DNA of 64,000 bases, from IMG/VR virus record IMGVR_UViG_3300042867_000770, one strand, 5' to 3'. The translations under genes were made by a program, and so were the position numbers. Origin of the DNA: an uncultured virus (IMG/VR IMGVR_UViG_3300042867_000770). Lineage: Duplodnaviria; Heunggongvirae; Uroviricota; Caudoviricetes. Shown in pieces: positions 49,425 to 59,909 of this stretch. Under the pieces are notes generated by a model that worked only from the letters and a program-made list of their open reading frames with translations, did no database searches and had not been told where the DNA came from. The first letter of the stretch is position 1, and the number at the start of each line of letters is the position of its first letter.

Positions 49425-51072
49425 TACGACCAAGAATATCAAAGATGTAATTCGAGAAGAGTATATAAAGTGTGCCAAAGATCCTATATACTTCATGAAG
49501 AAGTATGTAAAGATTCAACATCCTATTCGCGGCACACTGCCATTTCTTACTTATCCATTTCAAGACAAAACTTTGTCTGACTTGATCAAGTATGATCAAA
49601 ACATTATTCTCAAAAGTCGTCAGATGGGTATTACTACATTGGTTGCTGGATATTCATTGTGGCTCATGGTGTTTCATGAAAACAAAGAAATTATTTGTTT
49701 GAGCATCACACAAGAAACATCCAAGGCAATTGTAACCAAAGTTCGTTTTGCAAATGACAATCTACCAAGTTGGTTAAAACTGCGAGAATCAGAAGACAAT
49801 CGACTGTCATTGAAACTATCCAACGGCTCCAAGATTGTTGCTATTTCATCAGCCGGTACAGCCGGTCGTTCAGGTGCCGCATCTTTGCTGATCATTGACG
49901 AAGCTGCGTTCATTGACAATATCGACGAAATATGGTTGTCTTCACAATACACATTGGCTACTGGCGGTAAAGCGGTTGTGTTGTCTACACCAAATGGTGT
50001 GGGCAATTGGTTTCACAAAATGTGGACAGAAAGCGAATCTGGTCTAAACAACATGAATCGCATCAGCTTACCGTGGAATCATCATCCAGAACGCGATCAA
50101 AAATGGCGCGATGATCAAACAAAGTTGTCTGGTGAAAAAGGTGCGGCACAAGAATGTGATTGTGAATTTAGTACGTCAGGCAACACCGTTATTGATATTC
50201 CACTAATAGAATGGTATGAAAAAAATCATGCCATTGATCCAACAGAAAAGCGCGGACATGACAAAGGATTGTGGATATACAAATATCCAGAAGCTGGTAA
50301 AAGTTATATGATAAGTGCCGACGTTGGTCGAGGAGATGCCGCCGACTTTAGTGCGTGTCAAGTGTTGGAAATAGAAACAATGGAACAAGTAGCGGAATAT
50401 AAAGGAAAAATACCCACAAGTGATTATGCTCGATTGCTCATGACAATTGCAACTGAATATAATCAAGCATTACTTGTTATAGAAAATGCCAATGTAGGAT
50501 GGGCAGTTATACAAGTTGTATTAGACAGCAACTATCCAAATCTATTTTATAGTTCATCAGATTTACAATATGTAGATATAGAATCTCAATCCACAAACAA
50601 GCTAAATGCCCAAGAACGCAAAATGACACCGGGCTTTACCACATCCAACAAGTCTAGACCGCTTCTAATATCCAAGCTTGAAAGTTATATTCGCAACAAA
50701 GAAGTAATCATACACAGCAAGCGATTGTTGGAAGAACTGAATGTATTCATCTGGAAAAACACCGGTGGATCATCTGCCAAAGCAGAAGCCATGACTGGTT
50801 ACAATGATGACCTTGTATTGTCAATGGCTATTGGACTATGGATAAGAGATGTAGCATTGCGATTGAGAAAAGAAGCAGATGAATCTACTCGTCTTATAAT
50901 ATCAAAGATAGGTTCTACTTCAAGCGAACAGATAAAAAATAACATGGTGGCATTGCACAAATCTGGTAATAATCCTTATGGAGTTTACAGCAATCCTTGG
51001 AAAATGAGTATTGGTGGTCCAAGTGGTGTGGGTGGTCAAAGTAAAACAGAAGACCTAACATGGCTGCTGTGA
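49417..51072 (+). CDS. terL: Terminase large subunit (T4 gp17-like)
   Basis: KSRQMGITT Walker A, LIIDEAAF Walker B, STPNG, ADVGRG..D and DDLVLS nuclease motifs. Confidence 0.95.
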   Translation: MSSTTKNIKDVIREEYIKCAKDPIYFMKKYVKIQHPIRGTLPFLTYPFQDKTLSDLIKYDQNIILKSRQMGITTLVAGYSLWLMVFHENKEIICLSITQETSKAIVTKVRFANDNLPSWLKLRESEDNRLSLKLSNGSKIVAISSAGTAGRSGAASLLIIDEAAFIDNIDEIWLSSQYTLATGGKAVVLSTPNGVGNWFHKMWTESESGLNNMNRISLPWNHHPERDQKWRDDQTKLSGEKGAAQECDCEFSTSGNTVIDIPLIEWYEKNHAIDPTEKRGHDKGLWIYKYPEAGKSYMISADVGRGDAADFSACQVLEIETMEQVAEYKGKIPTSDYARLLMTIATEYNQALLVIENANVGWAVIQVVLDSNYPNLFYSSSDLQYVDIESQSTNKLNAQERKMTPGFTTSNKSRPLLISKLESYIRNKEVIIHSKRLLEELNVFIWKNTGGSSAKAEAMTGYNDDLVLSMAIGLWIRDVALRLRKEADESTRLIISKIGSTSSEQIKNNMVALHKSGNNPYGVYSNPWKMSIGGPSGVGGQSKTEDLTWLL

Positions 51073-51139
51073 TGATATATCTTATAAAAATATCATGAGT
51101 ATATATTTATAGAATAGACGCTCATATATATACATACTT

Positions 51140-53098
51140 ATGGCAGAACAAAAAGATATATTCACAAGACTAAAGAAGATGTTCTCAACGGACGTGCTCG
51201 TGCGTCATGTTGGTGGAAAAAAGATAAAAGTTATAGACACAGATGAAATTCAATACGCAACAGACAGAAATAGTTTGCGTGATCGTTTCAATAGATTAAG
51301 AAGTAGTACATACAATTTGCATAATCGCGATATGTCTATGGCATATCAAGCAAGTCGTTTAGAATTGTTTAGAGATTATGATGTGATGGACATGGACCCA
51401 ATCATTGCATCTGCATTGGATATTTACTCAGATGAATGTCTTGTACCAAGTGAGTTTGGTAATGTTCTTACAATTCGCTCAAAGAATGAAAACATCAAAA
51501 AGATTCTCAACAATTTGTTTTATGATATTTTAAATGTTGAGTTCAATATGTGGAGTTGGACTCGCAACATGTGTAAATATGGTGATTTTTTCTTGAGATT
51601 GGAAATATCACCAGAATATGGCATTCACTTGGTGCATCCAATCAGTCCATATGAATTGACTCGTATTGAAGGTAGTGATCCAAAAAATCTTAACTATGTC
51701 AAATATCAGCATGATGGTATGGGCGGTGGCATGGAGTATGAAAACTTTGAAATTGCTCATTTTAGATTGTTGAGCGACAGTAACTTTTTGCCATATGGCA
51801 AGAGTATGATTGAGCCAGCACGTCGTGTATGGAAGCAATTGAGTCTCATGGAAGATGCCATGTTGATTCATCGTATCATGAAGGCTCCGGAAAAGCGTAT
51901 TTTCTCTATTGATGTTGGTAATATTGCACCAAGTGAAGTTGATGCCGCCATGCAAAAGATTATCACCCAAGTTAAAAAAGTGCCATATATTGATGAAAAG
52001 ACTGGTGATTATAACCTTCGTTTCAATCTAAACAATATGGTTGAGGATTTTTATCTACCAGTTCGTGGTGGAGACAGTGGCACAAAGATTGATACATTAC
52101 CTGGCATGGAATTTACTGGTATTGATGACTTGGAATATGTTCGTAATAAAATGATGGCAGCACTCAAGATTCCAAAAGCATTCTTGGGTTATGATGAAAG
52201 TATTTCTGGCAAGGCTACATTGGCAGCAGAAGATGTTCGTTTTGCTCGTACCATTGGGCGTATTCAACGTATTCTTGTTTCTGAACTGACCAAGATTGCT
52301 ATTGTTCATTTGTATGTACAAGGATATCAAGATGCGTCGTTGGTTGATTTTGAGTTGGAATTGAGCAATCCTTCTACCATCTTTGAACAAGAAAAGCTGG
52401 AAATTTGGCAGAATAAAGTGAATCTTGCTTCTGATATGATGGAAAGCAACATGTTCAGCAAAAAATGGTTGTATAATAATATATTCAATATGTCCGGCGA
52501 TGATGTTGAAGATCTGCAACAAGAAGTCATAAAAGACAAAAAAGAAGGTTGGAGAATTCAACAGATTACTGATGAAGGCAGTGATCCATCTTTGACCACC
52601 GGTGGCGGCGAGTCTGGTGAAGGTGGAGGTGGTGGTGGGGTAGACATGGGTGGTGGCGGTGGAGATGCTGGCGGTCTACCAGACCTTGGTGGCGGTGGCG
52701 AAGACGCTGGTGGCGGTGGTGAAGAATCCGGCGGCTTGCCTCCACTGGAAGAAGAAAAGAACGCAAACGAACCAATTCTGGATGAAGAAACTCGCAAAGA
52801 GCGCGAACGAGGAATTCGCCCAAGTCAAGAAGGAAAAAAAGAAGAATATAGTGACACATTCACAAAAACACGCGGCGAAGATATTCTTGGCAACGGACAA
52901 AACAAAGAAAAGTCCAAGTCTGATCGCAGAACAACTCATATATACAGAGGTTCCCCATTGGGTAGCATGGACGAAGATCTTAAAAGTATAAAAAAGTCGT
53001 TGATGGACAAGTATAATAATAAAAACAAGAAAATAATAGCCGAAGAAAAATCTATTATGGATGAGTCTAATATAATTGATGATGATAAACCTCTCTAA
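51140..53098 (+). CDS. Portal protein (T4 gp20-like) with Gly/acidic C-terminal tail
   Basis: LMEDAMLIHRIMKAPEKRIF.IDVGN, EDFYLPVRGG and ALKIP. Confidence 0.95.
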   Translation: MAEQKDIFTRLKKMFSTDVLVRHVGGKKIKVIDTDEIQYATDRNSLRDRFNRLRSSTYNLHNRDMSMAYQASRLELFRDYDVMDMDPIIASALDIYSDECLVPSEFGNVLTIRSKNENIKKILNNLFYDILNVEFNMWSWTRNMCKYGDFFLRLEISPEYGIHLVHPISPYELTRIEGSDPKNLNYVKYQHDGMGGGMEYENFEIAHFRLLSDSNFLPYGKSMIEPARRVWKQLSLMEDAMLIHRIMKAPEKRIFSIDVGNIAPSEVDAAMQKIITQVKKVPYIDEKTGDYNLRFNLNNMVEDFYLPVRGGDSGTKIDTLPGMEFTGIDDLEYVRNKMMAALKIPKAFLGYDESISGKATLAAEDVRFARTIGRIQRILVSELTKIAIVHLYVQGYQDASLVDFELELSNPSTIFEQEKLEIWQNKVNLASDMMESNMFSKKWLYNNIFNMSGDDVEDLQQEVIKDKKEGWRIQQITDEGSDPSLTTGGGESGEGGGGGGVDMGGGGGDAGGLPDLGGGGEDAGGGGEESGGLPPLEEEKNANEPILDEETRKERERGIRPSQEGKKEEYSDTFTKTRGEDILGNGQNKEKSKSDRRTTHIYRGSPLGSMDEDLKSIKKSLMDKYNNKNKKIIAEEKSIMDESNIIDDDKPL

Positions 53099-53147
53099 AA
53101 TATGAGTTTTTATCACCCACACACATATTTATAAATAATAAAACCGT

Positions 53148-54023
53148 ATGAAGAAGCTGAAACACTCTAAGTATAAGAATGCTGGAATACTATTTGAACT
53201 GTTGGTGCGTCAAGTAACCGCCGACATTCTAAATGGTCAGGAGGATTCAAAAGCTAATGCAATATTGCGTGATTATTTTTCAGAATCTACTGAACTTGGT
53301 AGAGAAAATAGATTATATCGTATTATAATGGAAGATAAGACCAAGGATCAAACTTCTGCTGATAGACTACTTGAGCAAATTATTCGCACCAGAACAAAGT
53401 TGGATGAACGTGCATTAAATCTACAAAAGTATAATTTGATAAAAGAAATTCGTGAAAACTATCCATTGGATGATTTTCTCAAAGGTAGTATTTCAAACTA
53501 TAAATTGCTTGCTAGTATTTATAAAGTATTTGAAGAAAGTGTAAATTCAGTTGATTGTGATCCTCGTGAAATTTTCAAAGCTCGTACATGTATTGTAGAA
53601 AGTATTGCTGCACCAAAAACACCAACTCGTTTGGTTAGTGAAGATGAAAAGAAAGATTTGGTCAAAGTATATCAGCAACAAAATGAAGATGTTCGTTTGC
53701 TTGCTTATAAATTGCTTGTTGATTCATTCAATGAAAAATATAAAGGATTGGATGAAAAGCAAAAAATTCTTATTCGTGAATATATCAATAATATCAGCAA
53801 CACAAACTCGTTGCGTCAATATATCAATAATGAAGTTCCAATTGTTCGCAAAGAAATCAATGAACTCAAATCGCATGTAAGCAATGATGTTGTTCGCATC
53901 AAGCTTGATGAAACATTAAATCAATTGGACAAGATATCCAAGGGTACATTGGTCAAAGAAAATCAAATCATGGCTCTAATGTTGAGCTATGAACTTGTAA
54001 AAGAACTAAAAAACCTAAAGTAA
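53148..54023 (+). CDS. Head-region hypothetical protein
   Basis: KHSKYKNAGILFELL N-terminus; located downstream of portal. Confidence 0.7.
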   Translation: MKKLKHSKYKNAGILFELLVRQVTADILNGQEDSKANAILRDYFSESTELGRENRLYRIIMEDKTKDQTSADRLLEQIIRTRTKLDERALNLQKYNLIKEIRENYPLDDFLKGSISNYKLLASIYKVFEESVNSVDCDPREIFKARTCIVESIAAPKTPTRLVSEDEKKDLVKVYQQQNEDVRLLAYKLLVDSFNEKYKGLDEKQKILIREYINNISNTNSLRQYINNEVPIVRKEINELKSHVSNDVVRIKLDETLNQLDKISKGTLVKENQIMALMLSYELVKELKNLK

Positions 54024-54024
54024 T

Positions 54025-54327
54025 ATGAAAAAATCACAACTAAAACAACTAATCAGAGAAACAATAAATGAAGCCACACAACCACAAAAGGTTGTTGGAA
54101 AATACATTTATTTTGTTGATTCTAAAGAGTTGTATAGTTTAAAGCCATATAAACTTGTTGCAAATCGTTGTGACATATCAGTAGCAAATAATTGGACAAA
54201 AGCAACATTAATGCAAGGAGAAGATGTTAGAGATATGGGAATCGACAGCGTTACAGACATATCGGCTTGGTATATTGTAAACAATGCTCCGTCAGATCAT
54301 ACATTTGTTGGATATATTGGAAAATAA
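54025..54327 (+). CDS. Hypothetical protein with MKKSQLKQLIRE leader
   Basis: Clean ORF in the head operon. Confidence 0.65.
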   Translation: MKKSQLKQLIRETINEATQPQKVVGKYIYFVDSKELYSLKPYKLVANRCDISVANNWTKATLMQGEDVRDMGIDSVTDISAWYIVNNAPSDHTFVGYIGK

Positions 54328-54330
54328 AAT

Positions 54331-54822
54331 ATGAACGACGCCAAAAAAATCATCCGTGAATTAGTTGAAGAAGTCATTGAAGAAATGACATCAACGGGTG
54401 CTGTTGCTGGTTATCAAACACCGGCGGCATTTCGTGGTCATAAAAGCAAAAAGAAAACAGCCGAACGTAGTATGCCAGGTGGCAAAGTTGTGGGCAAAGA
54501 AGACACAGATGATACAACAGTTGGTGAAGGTGAAACACTGACACTGCGTCGTGATATTGGTATTATGGAAGGTCGCAGTCGGTATCGTAATTTCAAAGAT
54601 AGTGACATGATGAAAAATCATGCCAAGATTTCATATGGCATCAATCAAGCAAAAAAAATGCTTAATGAAGTTGAATATCTATTAAACATCTGTGAACGTC
54701 TCAAGACAGAAGCAAATGTTCCAGCCACAAGTTTGTGGGCACGTACTCAACCAGACATGAAAGAAATTCATGGTCGATTGAAAGAAATTGCCAAAAGAAT
54801 CAACAGAATGGGAAAAAAATAA
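54331..54822 (+). CDS. Head-region hypothetical protein
   Basis: KKIIRELVEEVIEE leader then MTSTGAVAGYQTPAAF. Confidence 0.7.
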   Translation: MNDAKKIIRELVEEVIEEMTSTGAVAGYQTPAAFRGHKSKKKTAERSMPGGKVVGKEDTDDTTVGEGETLTLRRDIGIMEGRSRYRNFKDSDMMKNHAKISYGINQAKKMLNEVEYLLNICERLKTEANVPATSLWARTQPDMKEIHGRLKEIAKRINRMGKK

Positions 54823-54827
54823 AATTT

Positions 54828-55370
54828 ATGAATCTAACAGACATTGCTAAAAAGATTTTGAAAGAAGACACATGGGGCAACAATCCATCTGCCGCTGGTG
54901 GTATGTCAACAGGTCGTGCACCAAACGCAGTCACACCACCTGCTACACCAAATGCCAAGATGCTTGACATTTCTAATCAGTTTAAGAATTTCAAGACATC
55001 ATTGGAAACTCAAGAAGATGCTGCTGTAAAGAAACTGGCTGATGAACTAAAGAAATCATTTCTAAAAAAGAATGTAATTGTAAAAGCATCCAAAGGCAGT
55101 GTTGGTCAAATTGAAAAAGAATATAACGTTTCTGTCAATAACATTGATGTTCGTTATATGAAAGACAAATATTATATTGTATTCATTGGAAAAGAAGGCA
55201 ATGAATCAGAAAATGAATATTATTTGGATGATTCACAAATACAAGTAAATGATGCTCCTCAAGCAAAATCACAAGCACCAGCAAGTTTGACACGCGGTCA
55301 AGTTGGCGGCATTCAATATCCACAAGTTATGGGTATGAATTCTAAACGAAACATTGTACCAAGCAAATAA
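54828..55370 (+). CDS. Head-region hypothetical protein
   Basis: Start at MNLTDIAKKILKE, just after the upstream stop. Confidence 0.65.
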   Translation: MNLTDIAKKILKEDTWGNNPSAAGGMSTGRAPNAVTPPATPNAKMLDISNQFKNFKTSLETQEDAAVKKLADELKKSFLKKNVIVKASKGSVGQIEKEYNVSVNNIDVRYMKDKYYIVFIGKEGNESENEYYLDDSQIQVNDAPQAKSQAPASLTRGQVGGIQYPQVMGMNSKRNIVPSK

Positions 55371-55371
55371 T

Positions 55372-55998
55372 ATGAGCAAACAACTATTAGTAGATTTTAT
55401 ACCATTTGATATTACTCCGCAGATGCTTACAGAAGCAAAAGCAAATACTGGTGGTCCATTGGTTCTCAAAGGTCCATTACAAAAAGCCGGTGAAAAGAAT
55501 CATAATGGTCGTGTATATCCACGCGAAGTATTAGAGCGTGAAGTTGAAAAATATCAACAAATCATCAAAGAACGTCGTGCTTTGGGCGAACTTGATCATC
55601 CAGAATCCAGTGTGATAAATTTAAAGAATGTATGTCACAATGTTACAGAATGTCACTGGGAAGGTGATACTGTGGTTGGTACAATTGAAATTTTAACAAC
55701 ACCAAGTGGTAATATTGCAAGAGATTTGATTAAAAACAATATTCGCATTGGTATTAGCAGTCGAGGTTTGGGAAGTGTTCGCAATGTGAATGAAAACACT
55801 GTTGAAGTACAAGATGACTTTGAACTATTGTGTTTTGACCTTGTATCTTCACCAAGCACACGTGGTGCTTATATGAATCTTGCCGAAGGCATAGATCGTG
55901 AAAAACAATTGATTGGCGGCAATCAAGATCGCAAAGACATCAACAAATATTTAAAAATTGAAAATATCATTCGTGATATATTGTCAGAAACTCGCTAA
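55372..55998 (+). CDS. Prohead core protease (T4 gp21-like)
   Basis: NHNGRVYP, GELDHP, GISSRGLGS and DLVSSPS. Confidence 0.93.
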   Translation: MSKQLLVDFIPFDITPQMLTEAKANTGGPLVLKGPLQKAGEKNHNGRVYPREVLEREVEKYQQIIKERRALGELDHPESSVINLKNVCHNVTECHWEGDTVVGTIEILTTPSGNIARDLIKNNIRIGISSRGLGSVRNVNENTVEVQDDFELLCFDLVSSPSTRGAYMNLAEGIDREKQLIGGNQDRKDINKYLKIENIIRDILSETR

Positions 55999-56018
55999 AA
56001 TTAAACTCGCTAAATTAT

Positions 56019-57146
56019 ATGAACGAAGCAACAGCACCAAACGAAACAGAAATCAAGAAAATTGTGCAATATCTTGCTATAGAAGCCACCAAGTACCAAG
56101 ATATGATTGGTCTTGATGCTGCACACGACATTGATATTTATGGGCTACAGTCCGCAATTGAAGATTCCAATAACAAAAAGATTCTAAATTTTTGGAACAA
56201 GTTGAGCAGCAAGCAGAAGAACGAAATACATGATATGGTGTCAACATATTTATATAATAAAGCACTGAAAGCAGACCCAGATTATTATGGTGACGACCAA
56301 CCAACTCCAGTAAATTACAAACTTTCATCAAAAACGGCAACTCCAACCAATGCTCCCGCTGGTGGTAATGAAGCCAAGTTGATAAAATCTCTTGCAAAAA
56401 AAGCAGAAGATTGGATGAACTATGTTGATGTAGATTCTCCAGAAAACATATCTTATGATGATTTCGAGGAATTTGTCATAAACGATCCAAAAAACAAAAA
56501 GCTTCAAGCATTTTGGAATTCAATGGGAAACAAAAAACAAGAAAATTTGTTCTATAAAGTAGTTGATGTTTTAGAAAAAAAATATGGCGATGGCGATGAC
56601 ATGTATGAGGGTCGCAATCTTTCCAACATCGCAAAGAAGATGATGAAAGAAAATAAATCAACACCTCTTATGCTAAATGGCAAGGCAGTTGATGAAAAAT
56701 CAATTGAAATTGACGGAGTTGATCGTAGAGATTATCCGGATTTTTCTGATGCTTATATTTCTGCTGCAAATTATATGGATGGTACACCACTCAGCGATAA
56801 AGAAATTGAAGAGTTGGATGATCAAAATAATGAATTGGTTCATGAAAAAATTCAAGACGATCAATTGTATATGCAAGAAGGTGAAGAAGAAAAACTTGGT
56901 GGTTCTGCATATGACAAAGAAGACAAAGAAGAAAGAGGACAATACTCAAACAAACCAAAGATGGCTGGTATTACATTCTTCAATGTTCCGTCTGGTAAAG
57001 AATCAATTGCTACACAATATGGTTTGACTCAATTCAAGAGTAGCAAATGGGGAATCAAACATAAAATTGGTAGAGACTATACTGGTGCAGTTTCTGCGGC
57101 TGAAAAAATATTTGGTAAAGGTCGTTATTGGCAGCCAAATAACTAA
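56019..57146 (+). CDS. Multidomain hypothetical protein with internal duplication
   Basis: Two NKKxxxFWN repeats followed by a DGVDRRDYPDFSDAYI domain. Confidence 0.65.
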   Translation: MNEATAPNETEIKKIVQYLAIEATKYQDMIGLDAAHDIDIYGLQSAIEDSNNKKILNFWNKLSSKQKNEIHDMVSTYLYNKALKADPDYYGDDQPTPVNYKLSSKTATPTNAPAGGNEAKLIKSLAKKAEDWMNYVDVDSPENISYDDFEEFVINDPKNKKLQAFWNSMGNKKQENLFYKVVDVLEKKYGDGDDMYEGRNLSNIAKKMMKENKSTPLMLNGKAVDEKSIEIDGVDRRDYPDFSDAYISAANYMDGTPLSDKEIEELDDQNNELVHEKIQDDQLYMQEGEEEKLGGSAYDKEDKEERGQYSNKPKMAGITFFNVPSGKESIATQYGLTQFKSSKWGIKHKIGRDYTGAVSAAEKIFGKGRYWQPNN

Positions 57147-57186
57147 TTTTACACAATTTACATAAATTGATATATATTTATAACAT

Positions 57187-57918
57187 ATGAGCAACAAAAT
57201 CACAAATCCATTTCTAAAACAACTTATCTCTGGTATATCTCAAAAAGCTACTCAAGGTCGTATAACAGGCGTTGATTGGAATATTCTTGAAGAAGCCAAG
57301 AAAAATAAAAAAGTTGCAAAGAAAACTTTGAAAAAAGAAGGTGATGAAAAAAAGAATCCAGCAGATGATGCTGGTGGAGAAGATGCTGGCGGATTACCAC
57401 CACTAGGAGGCAAAGATGAAGCACCAACCAATGAACCAAAAGCAAACGCGGGTGGTAAAGATGCAGGTGCTGATGCACCGCCCGATGGTGGAAAAGAAGA
57501 CGCTGGTGATGATGCACTCGCAGGACTTGGTGGAGAAGAAGGTGGTACAGAAGAAGATTCTGAAGAAGCGCAGGCTGACGCTGCCGAAGCAAAAGCAGAA
57601 CTAGAAAAAGCCAAAGCTGAAAAAGATCAAGCCGAAAAAGAAATCAAAAAACATTCTTATATAAAACTTGGTTCCAATTCTGGTACACAATTTCTATTAG
57701 GAAAGATTTTGGATCATGCGTTCAAGACCAATACAATTGATGCACTGGCCGGTGAAATGGTACAAAAACTAAAAATCACCACTCCAGAAGACATCAATGC
57801 ATTTAGTGAAGAAACTGCATCATACAGAGTAATTCCAGGTTTTCCAGAACTGTTGTCTTCTATGAAAACAATGGCAACCAAACAACCAGAAGAAACTGAA
57901 GAAGAACCATCAGCTTAA
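57187..57918 (+). CDS. Acidic Gly/Ala-rich head-region protein
   Basis: Low-complexity acidic centre; head operon. Confidence 0.65.
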   Translation: MSNKITNPFLKQLISGISQKATQGRITGVDWNILEEAKKNKKVAKKTLKKEGDEKKNPADDAGGEDAGGLPPLGGKDEAPTNEPKANAGGKDAGADAPPDGGKEDAGDDALAGLGGEEGGTEEDSEEAQADAAEAKAELEKAKAEKDQAEKEIKKHSYIKLGSNSGTQFLLGKILDHAFKTNTIDALAGEMVQKLKITTPEDINAFSEETASYRVIPGFPELLSSMKTMATKQPEETEEEPSA

Positions 57919-57926
57919 TAATTTTT

Positions 57927-58376
57927 ATGAAAATACTTAAACTAAGACCTCTGATTGAAGGTATTGACCAACCAACCAACAATGCTCAACAAAAAGAATG
58001 GACTAATGAAGAAAAGAAATCTGCACTTGATTCCATTGGCCGTTATAACGAATATGGAAATCTTTTGCGTCGTCCACCAGAAGGTAATTTGATGGAGATT
58101 GCTCATACATTAAGCAAGATTACAGAAGCTGCTGAAAAATTTACTCTCAGTGAAACTGGTGACGATTGGTTTGATAAAAACACTGTGTCACGCAACATGA
58201 AAGATTTGCGCCGTGTTAGTGAAGAATTCAACAAACTTGCTAAAGAAGCACACACTGTTCAACAACGTATGGAAGCATTATATGAAGATGGTGGGCATGT
58301 ATTGGGTCGTTACTTTGAAATTAAAGATTTGAACGAAGGCACTGGTCCAGCAATCAGTAAAATTGCAAAAAAGTAA
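57927..58376 (+). CDS. Head-region hypothetical protein
   Basis: DWFD..V.RNMK and LYED.G..L.RYFEI. Confidence 0.7.
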   Translation: MKILKLRPLIEGIDQPTNNAQQKEWTNEEKKSALDSIGRYNEYGNLLRRPPEGNLMEIAHTLSKITEAAEKFTLSETGDDWFDKNTVSRNMKDLRRVSEEFNKLAKEAHTVQQRMEALYEDGGHVLGRYFEIKDLNEGTGPAISKIAKK

Positions 58377-58516
58377 ATAATATTATATATTTTTACGTTT
58401 TTTGTAAGTGTGTATATATTTATTTATTATAAAATGCACTATTATTTAGTGCGAGACAGTTCAAAATTTCATTTGAAACTCTAATAGTTTCATCAACCAA
58501 AAAGGATAAAACTATT

Positions 58517-59869
58517 ATGTCAGATCTATTAAAACAAGCAATTGCCGACGCCAAAGCCGTTCGTGCCACTGCTCTATCAAACGCAAAAGCTGCTCTCGAA
58601 GAGCACTTTGCTCCGAAACTACAAAGCATGTTGTCTGAAAAGCTACGTGCCGAGATGGAAGGCGAAGAAGAAGTCGCACCAGCACCAGAAGCTCCAGCAC
58701 CAGAAGCTCCAGCACCAGAAGCTGCATTGCCAACCGATGATATGGGTGGCGAAGAAATGGCTGCACCAGAAGCTCCATTGCCAATGGATGATATGGGTGG
58801 CGAAGCTGCTCCAGCACCAGAAGCTCCATTGCCAACCGATGATATGGGTGGCGAAGATGAGTTGTCTGAACTAAATATTGAAGATGACACTGGATATATG
58901 ACCGAAGGTGAAAAAGCTTCTGGTGATTACAAAAAGACCACCAAGGGTCACAACACAGAAGATCCAGGTAAGAAGATGGTAAAGTCGGTTGGAGCCGCAA
59001 TCGGCGGAACCAAAGGTTCTCTACCAGCCGCCAAGAAACACGCAAAAGCGTCGTCGGACTATACCAAGACCACAAATGGTCACAAGACTGATGATCCACA
59101 AGGTCAAGGAAATGAAGTATCCAACGGCGGATATGACAATGACACAACAGCCTTGAAAGAAAACGAAGAAGTTGATGAAGCTTCTTTGGATGAAATCCTA
59201 AAAGAATTGGAAGACGGTCTGAATGACGTTGGTGGCATGGAAGATGTGGCAGCTGAAGAGGCTCCAGTTTCCGAAGCATCCGACGAAATAGTCGATCTTG
59301 ATGAACTTCTATCTGAAACGGACGATAAAGACGCCGAAGAAGAAATTGAAGAAGGAAAGCTTCCAAAGGGTCTTGCTGATTACCAAGCCAAAAAAGCTGG
59401 TAAATCAAAAGACGACGACGATGAAGAAAAAGAAACCGTCAAAGAAAATATTTCGTTGAAGAAGGAACTAGCAGAATACCGTAGCGCAGTCGTTTATCTA
59501 CGGGACCGCATCAATGAAGTTAACCTGCTCAATGCCAAGCTGTTGTATACGAACAAGTTGTTCAAACAAGCCAGCCTAAACAATGAGCAAAAACTAAAAG
59601 TAATCGAGTCATTTGACCTCACGAAATCGGTTCGTGAAGCCAAACTTGTTTACGCTACGTTGGCCGAATCATTTAATTTCGGTGGAAAAAAGACAGTTGT
59701 TGCAGCACCAGCCACTAAAAAGGTTGTTTCTCAAACTGTTAGATCCATCACCGAAGGACTCGCCTCCAAGCCAGTTGCATCAACAAGACCGACAAAAGCC
59801 GCTGTTCTTACAGAAGGAGCCGAAATGGCAAACCGCTTTAAGAAATTGGCCGGTATTCGCAGTAAATAA
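58517..59869 (+). CDS. Prohead core/scaffolding protein
   Basis: AIADAKAVR N-terminus, acidic repeats, EVNLLNAKLLYTNKL and RFKKLAGI C-terminus; immediately upstream of the MCP. Confidence 0.8.
   Translation: MSDLLKQAIADAKAVRATALSNAKAALEEHFAPKLQSMLSEKLRAEMEGEEEVAPAPEAPAPEAPAPEAALPTDDMGGEEMAAPEAPLPMDDMGGEAAPAPEAPLPTDDMGGEDELSELNIEDDTGYMTEGEKASGDYKKTTKGHNTEDPGKKMVKSVGAAIGGTKGSLPAAKKHAKASSDYTKTTNGHKTDDPQGQGNEVSNGGYDNDTTALKENEEVDEASLDEILKELEDGLNDVGGMEDVAAEEAPVSEASDEIVDLDELLSETDDKDAEEEIEEGKLPKGLADYQAKKAGKSKDDDDEEKETVKENISLKKELAEYRSAVVYLRDRINEVNLLNAKLLYTNKLFKQASLNNEQKLKVIESFDLTKSVREAKLVYATLAESFNFGGKKTVVAAPATKKVVSQTVRSITEGLASKPVASTRPTKAAVLTEGAEMANRFKKLAGIRSK
58675..58856 (+). repeat. Coding repeats APEAP and LPxDDMGGE in the scaffold
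   Basis: Repeated gcaccagaagct and gatgatatgggtggcgaa units. Confidence 0.85.
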
Positions 59870-59909
59870 GTAAGTAAAAACAATCAACACCTAAATATAG
59901 GAAATTATT

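Noticed and set aside
58420..59408. Long minus-strand ORFs opposite the scaffold (also opposite portal and gene 57187)
   Set aside because: Antisense shadows of low-complexity coding sequence.
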